Part shown: one piece after another, positions 10,004 through 19,774 of the stretch | How positions within the stretch are numbered: the stretch's first letter is position 1 | Layout of the letters: the number at the start of each line of letters is the position of its first letter | Assembly: GCA_963776275.1 (NCBI GenBank) | Contig: CAVZMI010000023.1 | Coordinates: 288,001 to 352,000, forward strand | Direction of reading: 5' to 3' | Length of the DNA: 64,000 bases | Origin: Ignavibacteriota bacterium | GTDB lineage: Bacteria; Bacteroidota; Ignavibacteria; UBA10030; CAVZMI01 | Notes under the pieces: model-generated | What the model was told of the DNA's origin: nothing | The model's input: only the letters and a program-made list of their open reading frames with translations | The model's database searches: none | Translations under genes and position numbers: made by a program

Positions 10004-12277
10004 ATGAAGAATATCTTTCGTTGTCTGCTCTTTTGCATCCTTGCAGTCCCCGTCGTTGCTCAGGCGGTTGATGGCGAACTGGGCGTTTCCGTCTTTACAA
10101 CAGCGGAGATCACAGGGGCTGTGTCAGGGAGCCCGATTACATACAGGATTCAGTATTACTATAGAGGACTCCTCCCGGGCCCGAATGTCATCCTCACCGA
10201 TGTTGGATCTCCTTTGGTAGTGTTTCAGTCGGCGAGTGTGATGCCGACACGGCAGAACGGGGACACCCTCATCTGGGACCTCGGCACGCTGGACGTGGCG
10301 TTCAACGGTGAAATTGAGGTCATAGATCGGGTGAAGGACGGTCTCACAACAGGGACGAAGATCGAGAATACAGCGCTTATCTACGGAGGAGTCATCGAAG
10401 AGGACTCCACAAATAATGTATGCACCTCCGTTGCGGAGATCGAATCGCCATTTCCGGACATGTTGGATCTAATCACCGGGATTATTGAGACACCGGGACG
10501 CAGCCCGACTTCGATGGCGGAAGAGGGAATGCCCGTAACACTTATTGTCCAGTACTTCAACGACTCCTACTATGATGCGTCGGGCGTTTCTATCACCGAT
10601 ACGCTGTCGCCGAACCTGCAATTCATCTCCGCGGATCCTCCGCCGATATCCGTTTCTGGTCAGGTAGTCACGTGGGACGTAGGAGACGTCCCTTCACTGC
10701 AATTAGGTCAGGTGAAGTTCCTGGTGCGTCCCGTAAGAAGCGGAGAAGCACGTATCATTGCTGGCGTGTACAGCATCTCCGGTGACCGCGACAGTTCCAA
10801 CAATGTCGTCGACTATACATTCGACGTTGTTCCCGTCCTTGAGCCACTCGTCACGAGCCCGGCAGTTACTCCCGGCGAAAGCCGCGACACGTTGGTAACG
10901 ACAGGGAATCCCGTGTTCGAAGGGTTTGCCAGGGCAGGGGCGACGGTGTCGTTATACGAAATAGATAGCGCCGGCTGCAGCGACCCGCTCCTGCAATGCA
11001 ACCCGGTGCTTCTCGGTCAGGGAGTTGCGGATGCAACTCGGCGCTGGAAAATCACTCCTGTGGGAATTACCAACCCCGGCGCGCATCACCTCTGTCTGCA
11101 GGCTGCCTATCAGGGAAGCGTCTCCGTTCCTCTCAATGGGTTCTGGGTCCCATTCATCGTGTATATCGATTCGACGCTTGATTCCGGGGGCTATGACATG
11201 AGCAGCTACACAATTACCGTGGGACACTTCACCTACCATCCTGGCGGATTCGGCGGAAATGTCAGACTTCTTCCCAATCAACCGATCACGATTAGTCTTC
11301 GTGTGAATGTGCCTCCGTTGATAGCGGCGGATACTGCAATATGGAGGTACTACCCACTCCACCTTACGATTTGGAGGTCGGGAGATGTTATAGAAGATAC
11401 GTTATACCCGTCGATAGAACCGGTGGGTCTGCCGCGTGCCGCGCCGAGAGGTGGTTCAGGAAGAGATGCCCTCCTTGTAGTCTTTGACTTTCATTGGCAT
11501 CTGCCATTCCTCAACAATGGTGACGAAGATACAATCGATCCGCCCCCTCCTCCAAAGCCTGGTTGCCCCGGGTGTACGCCCATTCCCCGGCCTCGTCCGA
11601 GACCCACACCGATTGACCCTGCAGGATTTGTCTATGATCTTGATCTTGCGCGAACGGAGTACAAATGGCCCGCTGTTCCCCCTGCTGGAACTCTGATTAC
11701 CACCGCAACCGTGACAGCGTATGAACGCACGGGGGATTCGACGTTCGTGCATTGGCCTGCAGAAGACTGGATGCAGGTCAATCCCCAGATAACCGATGCC
11801 AGTACGGAAGACAGCGTTAAGGTCGAGGGGTACTTCTCGTTCCTTGTCCCGTCAGGACAATACCGCATCAGTTCACAGGCGCCGGGATACTTCGATGGCT
11901 CCAGTGGGATACTCACCGTGATCAACAATCCGATCTACTACAATATCGGCATGCGGCAGGTACCAAAAGGCTCCACCGGGATCCGTAGTGATAGACTGCA
12001 GAGCAATCAGGTACGTAACTATGAGCTTTTCCAGAACTACCCCAACCCCTTTAATCCGAGTACAACAATCCGCTACGAGTTGCCGAAGGCAATTCATGTC
12101 ACTCTCACGGTGTACGATATACTCGGTAGAAAAGTCGCAACACTTGTGAACGGTGTCGAAGAACCTGGATACAAGTCGGTGCACTGGGATGCAAGTGAAA
12201 TGGCCAGCGGAGTCTACTTCTACCGTTTGCAGGCTGGTAATTTAGTTAAGACAAAAAAACTTATTTTACTTAAATAG
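10004..12277 (+). CDS. Secreted protein: two DUF11/Ig-like repeats, Pro-rich linker, carboxypeptidase-regulatory-like domain, T9SS type-A C-terminal domain
   Basis: Signal peptide; ITDTLSPNLQFISA...WDVG repeats; PIDPAGFVYD; LFQNYPNPFNPSTTIRY...KKLILLK. Confidence 0.8.
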   Translation: MKNIFRCLLFCILAVPVVAQAVDGELGVSVFTTAEITGAVSGSPITYRIQYYYRGLLPGPNVILTDVGSPLVVFQSASVMPTRQNGDTLIWDLGTLDVAFNGEIEVIDRVKDGLTTGTKIENTALIYGGVIEEDSTNNVCTSVAEIESPFPDMLDLITGIIETPGRSPTSMAEEGMPVTLIVQYFNDSYYDASGVSITDTLSPNLQFISADPPPISVSGQVVTWDVGDVPSLQLGQVKFLVRPVRSGEARIIAGVYSISGDRDSSNNVVDYTFDVVPVLEPLVTSPAVTPGESRDTLVTTGNPVFEGFARAGATVSLYEIDSAGCSDPLLQCNPVLLGQGVADATRRWKITPVGITNPGAHHLCLQAAYQGSVSVPLNGFWVPFIVYIDSTLDSGGYDMSSYTITVGHFTYHPGGFGGNVRLLPNQPITISLRVNVPPLIAADTAIWRYYPLHLTIWRSGDVIEDTLYPSIEPVGLPRAAPRGGSGRDALLVVFDFHWHLPFLNNGDEDTIDPPPPPKPGCPGCTPIPRPRPRPTPIDPAGFVYDLDLARTEYKWPAVPPAGTLITTATVTAYERTGDSTFVHWPAEDWMQVNPQITDASTEDSVKVEGYFSFLVPSGQYRISSQAPGYFDGSSGILTVINNPIYYNIGMRQVPKGSTGIRSDRLQSNQVRNYELFQNYPNPFNPSTTIRYELPKAIHVTLTVYDILGRKVATLVNGVEEPGYKSVHWDASEMASGVYFYRLQAGNLVKTKKLILLK

Positions 12278-13972
12278 TATCAGATGATACCTACTGTAGG
12301 CTGTAAATAAATTAGTATAACAGACCTCAAGAGTCAAGAGGTAGAAGGTCGATGTACTGCTTGACGACTGAGGGAGTAAGACGAATGATGCGAGATATGA
12401 CATCAGCGTCATCAAATTTAGTAGAAAGTAATTTCACTGATTCAAAATCACGGATATAGCGTTCGACAGCTTCTTTTGAGTGATTAGTTTTCTGACAGAT
12501 GGTCGGAACGAGGTATCCTTTGAGGTAAAGAGCGATAATTTGTTTTTTATGTGTTTGTCCACTGCCAATGAGTTGAATGTTCCCGCGGGTTGGCAGAGGC
12601 CGATTGTAAAGGTTTTGATATTCACGGACATACTCGCCAGCAGTAAGGTCGGTCATGGTCAGAAGTACGGCAAGATCAAGTTGAGAAAGCAAGGCACCCT
12701 GATCGAAGGCTTGTGTGGTCCACCGTTCGATTTTTTTAAGGCGCAACTCACGGTGATGGATCGGAGTGCATAGATCTTCGATGTCAGAATCTGTGATAAT
12801 ATCGAGAATGATTGGTTGCAGTTTGGTCTGGGCCATGGATTTACCCTTTTTCGGATATTCATCGATAGGGACGGCATGCCAGGCCATTTGACCTTGTTTG
12901 AGGAAAGAGTTATCGGTATAGCGGTAGTAGTGCTCAATGAGGGCGAGCAAGTCATCGATAATAGCGGAGGCTGTGATGGTCCCTTTATCATAGCCGTAGT
13001 GATTAAGAAATCGATCTAGGAGAATATGTTTGAGGGATTTGCCTTTGATGCGTTTGTATTTACGCTCAGCAATAACACTGGCAGAGAAGTAGCGGGTATC
13101 GCGGGGTAAGAACTGCAAGTTCTTGGCAATCATAGCGTTAAGCTCCTTTTTTTTCGGTTGTTGGAGCAGCCGTTTCAGTTGAGAGCTTGACGCATGGTGT
13201 TTGAGGAGTTGCAGGTATTCACCAATCAGACGGTGTGAGAATCCGGTAGAGATCCGGATTTGATCGACAGAGAAGTCTTTTTTTCTCAGGAGAATAACCC
13301 GGGCAAAATCTTGGATGTAACGTTTGATGGCAGACTCTGAGTGTTTAGTACGGCGTTCGATATCGGAAAACTGATGACCGGAGAGATAGAGGGCAAGAAT
13401 CTGTGCTTTGTGCGTTTGTCCGCGCCCCATCTCATGGCGCCAGCCCCGGGAAGGAAGGATGATCCCTTTCTTTTTCATCTGGCTCATATCGCGTTTGATG
13501 GTGACGACGCTGCAGGTGAGAATGAAAGCGATATCTTCGTAGGACAGGGCACCGCCTTGATCGATAGCTTCATTTGTGATACGGACGATCTTATGGTGGC
13601 GGAGACCTCGAAGACCTGATTTTTTGTAGACGGGGAGATCTTCCTCAGGCTTATGCAGAGTAAGCTTGACGGAGACCTTTTTACAAAGCGCTAGTGGTTT
13701 ACCGGCGGGTTCGTTCTCATCGACTGCCAGGTAATGAAGTTGACCGGCATGAAGTTCTACTTCTGCATGATTGAGAAAATACTCGCTGATCTGTGTGAAA
13801 TACGCTTCAGCGAGGATCGGGGTGAGATTAAAGTCGCGAGCGATACTTGCAACGATCGACTGCTTAACTGATTTAGACTGTAATCGATTGCTGAGTTGTT
13901 GGTCGTGCATGTGATACCTCCGGCGTATGAATGATGAATGTAACCTTTTTTTGCCTTGGTATCACCTGATAC
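12277..13972 (-). mobile_element. Putative mobile element carrying a DUF1670-like gene pair with palindromic inverted termini
   Basis: GTATCAGATGATACC (12277-12291) and GGTATCACCTGATAC (13958-13972) are 14/15 inverted matches tightly flanking the ORF. Confidence 0.55.
12327..13910 (-). CDS. Tandem DUF1670-like domains; probably two genes (13910-13138 and 13133-12327) joined at an A8 run
   Basis: Two paralogous halves, each with A.DQG..LS..D.A, P(S/T)RG, G.GQTHK, LYL.G, T.HS..A..RYI.DF; internal AAGGAG RBS before ATG at 13133. Family recognised from memory. Confidence 0.7.
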   Translation of the reverse strand: MHDQQLSNRLQSKSVKQSIVASIARDFNLTPILAEAYFTQISEYFLNHAEVELHAGQLHYLAVDENEPAGKPLALCKKVSVKLTLHKPEEDLPVYKKSGLRGLRHHKIVRITNEAIDQGGALSYEDIAFILTCSVVTIKRDMSQMKKKGIILPSRGWRHEMGRGQTHKAQILALYLSGHQFSDIERRTKHSESAIKRYIQDFARVILLRKKDFSVDQIRISTGFSHRLIGEYLQLLKHHASSSQLKRLLQQPKKKELNAMIAKNLQFLPRDTRYFSASVIAERKYKRIKGKSLKHILLDRFLNHYGYDKGTITASAIIDDLLALIEHYYRYTDNSFLKQGQMAWHAVPIDEYPKKGKSMAQTKLQPIILDIITDSDIEDLCTPIHHRELRLKKIERWTTQAFDQGALLSQLDLAVLLTMTDLTAGEYVREYQNLYNRPLPTRGNIQLIGSGQTHKKQIIALYLKGYLVPTICQKTNHSKEAVERYIRDFESVKLLSTKFDDADVISRIIRLTPSVVKQYIDLLPLDS

Positions 13973-14036
13973 AAACTATAAATAACTTCAGCATCCACCG
14001 TATGTCGGGTGAGTGCGGCACACGAATCTGAAAACG

Positions 14037-14068
14037 AAACCGCCGATAGAAATATCGACGGTTTTTTT
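14037..14068. terminator. Intrinsic terminator hairpin
   Basis: AAACCGCCGATA-GAAA-TATCGACGGTTTTTTT. Confidence 0.55.
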
Positions 14069-14135
14069 ATTAGCAATCATTAGCAAAAGTTTCCCACCCT
14101 CTGAACAACTACAAGGTGATGGTCACCACGGACTG

Positions 14136-14789
14136 TCATAAGACGCGGAACTTCACACCACAACCTGCATAGATGTTTATGATACGCCAGCTTACATCCG
14201 ATTGTACTTTTGTTAGTCCGTATGCAAATGTCACCTGAGGAGTAAGATCGATATCCCTTGCTATAGGAATCTCATACCCTGCTCCCACTTTTAATGCAAA
14301 CCGCGCCTGCATATCTTTTAATGAGCCTTTTTGTTTACCATAATCCTGACCCTGGATCGTTGTCGAAACCTCGTATGAACCCTCGACATTGATACCAAAC
14401 GATGGTCCAGCAATAAAATACAATCCACTGCGCTGTAGTTTTAATCTGAATAAAGCGTCGATAGTAAAATATCCTACACTTGATGAGTAATCTTGTGAGT
14501 AGTTACCATAATAAGGATCAGTCCCGCTTTTTGAATAGGAACCGCTCATATTATCGTAAAAAATTAGGCGAGTTAAAATTCCAATTGTTGGCGAAAATGA
14601 CATATCTGCTTCTCCGCCTATCATAAATCCTAAACCTGTACCTGTCTCCTGTATATCAGATCCGGAATGAATGTTGAAATTAAATCCCGTCACAGGTCCT
14701 ATAGCCATGTGGAATTGGGCTAAGCTTGGTGTTGCCGCCATGCACAAGCCAATAAGCAGAGCTAGAACAAATAGTGTAATTTTTTTCAT
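14136..14789 (-). CDS. Outer-membrane beta-barrel (PorT/OmpA-like) protein
   Basis: Signal peptide, alternating beta strands, YFIAGPSFG, GAGYE, GVKF near the C-terminus. Confidence 0.75.
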   Translation of the reverse strand: MKKITLFVLALLIGLCMAATPSLAQFHMAIGPVTGFNFNIHSGSDIQETGTGLGFMIGGEADMSFSPTIGILTRLIFYDNMSGSYSKSGTDPYYGNYSQDYSSSVGYFTIDALFRLKLQRSGLYFIAGPSFGINVEGSYEVSTTIQGQDYGKQKGSLKDMQARFALKVGAGYEIPIARDIDLTPQVTFAYGLTKVQSDVSWRIINIYAGCGVKFRVL

Positions 14790-15063
14790 AATAGGGTTCC
14801 TCTCGGTTATTGAATGGGTACTATGTTCGTTAAGTATGACATCGTTGATGATGCTTTGGTGGTAGGATCTTCAACTCTTTAATAAAATTATCGGCAGTAT
14901 ATAGGATATACTTTAGATAGCCTTACCCGTCTAAGAGCAATATTACAAAACGAAATTGGAAGAAACAAGAGAATATTAAACTATTAAGAGAGAAAAATTG
15001 TATAAAAAAAGCCGAATATTGTAAGAATATCCGGCTAATAAAAAACTTCAAGAGATGATTCTC

Positions 15064-17202
15064 CTACTTCATCAGGACCATCTTCCTCGTAACGGCCATT
15101 TCCGGTGCCCCTTTCTGTGCGATTACCAAACGATAAAAATAGATACCGCTTGATACATTATTGCCATTCCGATCCATTCCATTCGACCGTATAATTCCCG
15201 GGAACAAGATCGCCGTCGGCAAGTGACGTTACAAATTCACCCAGAACGTTGAAGACATCAAGATTTACCTTTGCAGCACGCGGGAGTGAGAACCTGATAT
15301 TCGTCGATTGATTGAACGGATTGGGGTAGTTCTGGTTCAATTCGAACGATCCCGGTACTTCCTGATCGGCCATCTTAATTCCTGTCAAAGTAGTCAGAGA
15401 TGCCCGGAGGATTGCAACGGCATACTTCGCGTTATGAATACCCATGCTGCCATCATTCTTTACAAAGTAGTAGTTCCAGATTGCGGGATAGTTGTTCGGA
15501 TTGCTTTTTATGTTCATCGAATCTTTCTTGAAATCAGCCAGCAATGTCACCGGTTCACCATCGGCACCCTTTGGCAAGATCGCTTTTAGCTGATCTAGTA
15601 GACCCTGAATCTCAGCCTGAACGCTCTCTATTTTTCCGTTGCCATCGTAATCATATCCTGCCCGTATATCTTCGAACGACTGGATATTTCCATGGCATTG
15701 ACGGCATGCCGTGATCTTATCGACTCCGGCACTATCCATCGACATTTCGTGGTCAGAATTCGTTGCCCTGTAAGCCATGTGACATGTGACGCAGCCATTC
15801 TCCAATCCTTGATGTGTTCCCAAACCTGTGAGGTCGAGTCCAAATTCATATGCATTTGCACCTAGGTACATGTCGGCCTGTGTTCCATAATGAGGATAGA
15901 AACGATCGCGCCATGTTTGTTGCTGACTTGCGATTCGGGTCATTGCATTTTCACGGCCGCGGTGACAGTTCATGCAGAGTCGACCCGTTCCCCCAATACC
16001 GGCCGGCGGCACATAACCGTTTGCAAGAGAATCAAGAGAGACAGTCCGTAACTGTACCGGATTCGCCCCACTATGCGGATCATGACATACCTGGCAGGAG
16101 ATCGATTCCGTTACAACGACTCTGGAATAATCGGGAGATTTTTTGTTCGCAGCATACGCGATAAAAGACGACGGATTATGACAAGGATAACAGCTTGAGC
16201 GTGATGCCTCCTCGCTACTCAACGGCATCGTCGCATGTGTGGAGGCCTTCCAGTATTGTCCGATATTGTGATGCGGCGGCGCATCATGGCATTGCATACA
16301 GACACTCGCGTCCATGGATGCTTCTATATACTTTTTGTTGCCGGTCCTCTTATGATCATTAGCCGTCCGTGGCAACTTTCGCATCCGATTTTAGCGACCG
16401 GTAGTAATTGTGGATAATTTGTGTTGAGGTTACTCCAGACAGTCGTATCACCATTATGAATGAGAAACTCACCACCCCCCGCACTTCTCAAGCCTTTATA
16501 CCATGTGGTATCCCAGCCGGATATTTTTGCCAGATATCCAAAGTTTCCATTATCCGCATCTTTATTATACCCGGTCGTGTGACAACTGATGCAAAATGGT
16601 GCATAGACTCCATCACCAAAGGCATTGACTTCGATTTGACCCGTCAGAGCCCTATGGAACATCGTTGCATGAGCGGTTTGAGGATACGCCTGTAACTTTC
16701 CATCCGGATAGATGTAGTTATGGCAGATACATGTATACTCATCGACGAATCCGGAATATATACTCGCATATAATGTATCTGAAGCCGAAATCGAGCCATT
16801 AACGGTGACGGTTACAATGTATCTACCAACGACATCCGCTGTAAAACCGGTGTTCATCTGGTTTGTATTATCAAGGGTAACGGCAGATCCGACCGGTCCG
16901 GATATCATCCATGCAAACGATGTTGCCGCTGTTGCTCCAGAACCAGTCGTATCGACCGACAAATATGCTTTTTCGCCCTTCCCTATAGCATGCAACCCTC
17001 TCGATGTCGGAGCCGATGAGGTCAACCCAAGGCTCGCCTTATTGCCGGGTGTGACACCGATCCTCTTAACCTTTACCGTCTGGGCCATGACACTTCCCAT
17101 CAAACAACCCAAGAGGAAGAAAGTACAAACCGGTACCCCTCTTCTCATATTAATTCCTACTGTCGCTTTGAATTTACTAATCCCACGGCCGCCCACACTC
17201 AA
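15064..17202 (-). CDS. Multiheme c-type cytochrome with PKD-like N-terminus and T9SS/FlgD-type C-terminal domain; two frameshifts (near 16360 and 15170)
   Basis: Eight CxxCH motifs (CISCH, CESCH, CMQCH, CYPCH, CQVCH, CMNCH, CVTCH, CRQCH) plus one CICH; LNQNYPNPFN; shifted tail NVSSGIYFYRL...RKMVLMK ends at 15064. Confidence 0.8.
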
Positions 17203-17344
17203 ATCTCCTCACAAGTGACGGTATAGCTGGCCACCCTCAATTAAATAAATCCCATGCCAAGGAAATCCATTGAAATACCGGTAAAAAAGAACTGATCCTC
17301 CTAATTTTTCTTAAAAGTAATAACTTTTTCCCGTAATTAGGATG

Positions 17345-18268
17345 CTATTGAAATCGCGGGTTGTCTCCGAAATGATATCCCTTCAAGAATTCGGTTGTAT
17401 GAAGGCGCTTTTTCCCCTCTTGCTGCAACTCAAGCACTTCAAGCACACCTTTGCCTGTAAAAACTTTTATGAATTCATTTTCAACAACAATCCGGCCCGG
17501 GATTCCTGTCTCCTCCTCTGAATAAATTCTGGTGCGATAAATCTTCAACGACTTTCCGGTATGGTGAGTAAATGCCCCTGGAATCGGAGAGAGTCCACGG
17601 ATGAAATTATGGACCTGCTGCACCGGTTTTGTCCAATCGATCGCGCATTGTTCACGAAATATTTTCGGAGCCGGAGTAGCATCTTTTTCGTTCTGAGGCT
17701 GCGGATTTATCTTTCTCTGTTCTATGAGACGGATCGTCGAAAGAACTGCCTCGGCCCCCAGAATCATCAAGCGATCATAGAGTTCACCGGCCGTTTCATT
17801 TTCCCCCACATTGATTCTGGCCTGAAGAATAACATTCCCCGTGTCAATTTTTTCCTGAAGGAAGAATGTCGTGACGCCGGTTTCCCGCTCACCGTTGATC
17901 AGCGCCCACTGTATCGGAGCGGCGCCGCGATACTTTGGTAAAAGCGACGCATGCAGGTTAAAGGCACCGAGTTTAGGAATAGTGAAAATCTCGGGAGGGA
18001 GAATCCGGAATCCGACAACGACGATACAGTCGGGAGCAAGTTGGTAAACAGTCTTCACAAACGACGGTTCCCTCAGGGCATCGGGCTGGAGGACCGGGAG
18101 CGAATGTTCTACGGCAAATTTCTTCACGGGAGTAAATGAGATTTCGCGTCCACGACCGCGCGGTTTGTCGGTTGCGGTAACGACAGCCTTGATCGTATAT
18201 CCATGATCGAAAAGGATTGTAAGACTGGGAACTGCAAACTCCGGAGTTCCCATAAAAATGATGTCCAT
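17345..18268 (-). CDS. fmt: Methionyl-tRNA formyltransferase
   Basis: IFMGTPEFA, NLHASLLPKYRGAAPIQ. Confidence 0.97.
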   Translation of the reverse strand: MDIIFMGTPEFAVPSLTILFDHGYTIKAVVTATDKPRGRGREISFTPVKKFAVEHSLPVLQPDALREPSFVKTVYQLAPDCIVVVGFRILPPEIFTIPKLGAFNLHASLLPKYRGAAPIQWALINGERETGVTTFFLQEKIDTGNVILQARINVGENETAGELYDRLMILGAEAVLSTIRLIEQRKINPQPQNEKDATPAPKIFREQCAIDWTKPVQQVHNFIRGLSPIPGAFTHHTGKSLKIYRTRIYSEEETGIPGRIVVENEFIKVFTGKGVLEVLELQQEGKKRLHTTEFLKGYHFGDNPRFQ

Positions 18269-18286
18269 TCCTGTTTATCTATATAG

Positions 18287-18838
18287 TTATAATTTAACGC
18301 CCGCCGCAACCGGGTACGACGTCTCGGTTTCCCCCTTTTTGATCTTTACGAACTTCCCTTTCATCTGTCGTCGCCTGGTTGGGTTCAAGTGGTCTGTAAA
18401 AAGAATACCGTCCAGGTGATCTATCTCATGAAGGATTACACGTGCAAGCAGCCCGTGCGCATCTATTTCATGTTCATGAAAATTAATATCCCGGAAGCCA
18501 AGACGAATCGATGCGGCACGTGTCACCTCTTCCCGGATATCGGGGACACTCAGACACCCCTCTTCCATAACCCATTCACCGTCTTCTTTAATGACTTCCG
18601 GGTTGATCAGTACCAAAGGCTTTGTCCCTTTTCCTTCGTCGGTATCTGAAATATCGATGGTGATTATTCTCTGCAGCACGCCTACTTGATTTGCAGCAAG
18701 TCCGATGCCGTTGGCATTGCGCATTGTATCAAACATATCATATACCAGTGTAATTATCGAGTTATCAACGCTCTTTGCAGGTTTCGCTTTCTGACGAAGC
18801 ACATCTGCACCGAAAACATATATAGATAGAATCGACAC
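18287..18838 (-). CDS. def: Peptide deformylase
   Basis: GIGLAANQVG, EGCLS, HEIDHLDG. Confidence 0.97.
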   Translation of the reverse strand: MSILSIYVFGADVLRQKAKPAKSVDNSIITLVYDMFDTMRNANGIGLAANQVGVLQRIITIDISDTDEGKGTKPLVLINPEVIKEDGEWVMEEGCLSVPDIREEVTRAASIRLGFRDINFHEHEIDAHGLLARVILHEIDHLDGILFTDHLNPTRRRQMKGKFVKIKKGETETSYPVAAGVKL

Positions 18839-18844
18839 CGGTAT

Positions 18845-19765
18845 TTATCCTCCTTGTGCGTGAACCGTATTCTCTTCAACGGAAGGGAAAATGACCTCAG
18901 CGTGGACTTCCTTCCATAACGCGAGCTGACTCGCATAAAACAACATTCGCAGCCAGATTCTTGCACCAATGTATATCTGATGTAACACAAAAACAAGAAA
19001 AATCATTCCGTACGATGAGACAGGTTGGAAAATATCTTCAAGAAAATAGTATATTCCAAAAATCCCAACTCCAAATATAAAAAGAAGCACAAACAGACCG
19101 ATCGTCGTTCCTGCATTCGAAACTGTAAATTTCACGGCACCCCACCACTCTTTCATGACTTTCCTTTCTTCGCGAACCACGATGCTTATTTTTGCGTAAT
19201 CAAAAATAATATTCAGGAAAAAGAATATCAATGCGAGAAGAATATATCGAACAACAATGACCGAGATGCGAAGTATTTCCGATTCGGAAGCACCGAGCAG
19301 ATTTTCCGTTGCAGCTGTCCCCCAACGATTGACGAAAAAAAGTCCCAGATAAAAAAGCATTGAAAGAAGAAGAATTTTGAAGAAACGAAAGAAATACCTG
19401 ACTCCGCCGTAAAAAAAGTCTATGAAGAGCGTTTTTCTCTCACTGGAATGTAATACTGAAAGTAATCCGCCCAGGAGAAAGGTTTGAATCAGAATGTAGA
19501 TTGATCCGACGATAATCAGCGTGTTGGTAAACATTTCCAGCGTCGTCTGGTATTTAAAGAAGAATTCCTGATACCAGCGATATTCGAATCCCTGGAGCAA
19601 TGAATCGCCGACAAGACTTCCACTGAGATCCGTATTTAGGAGACGGAATAAAGTCATCGAGAGGATCATTGCAAAGGCAATGTTTATTATCCAAAGAAGA
19701 CCGATGAAGTGAAGATTGTTGTTCACTTTTTTCAGCCCCGACCGTATTGCCTCAAGAATTGCCAT
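18845..19765 (-). CDS. Hypothetical multi-pass membrane protein
   Basis: About six hydrophobic segments; co-oriented within the peptidase-def operon. Confidence 0.7.
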   Translation of the reverse strand: MAILEAIRSGLKKVNNNLHFIGLLWIINIAFAMILSMTLFRLLNTDLSGSLVGDSLLQGFEYRWYQEFFFKYQTTLEMFTNTLIIVGSIYILIQTFLLGGLLSVLHSSERKTLFIDFFYGGVRYFFRFFKILLLSMLFYLGLFFVNRWGTAATENLLGASESEILRISVIVVRYILLALIFFFLNIIFDYAKISIVVREERKVMKEWWGAVKFTVSNAGTTIGLFVLLFIFGVGIFGIYYFLEDIFQPVSSYGMIFLVFVLHQIYIGARIWLRMLFYASQLALWKEVHAEVIFPSVEENTVHAQGG

Positions 19766-19774
19766 AATAGGTAA

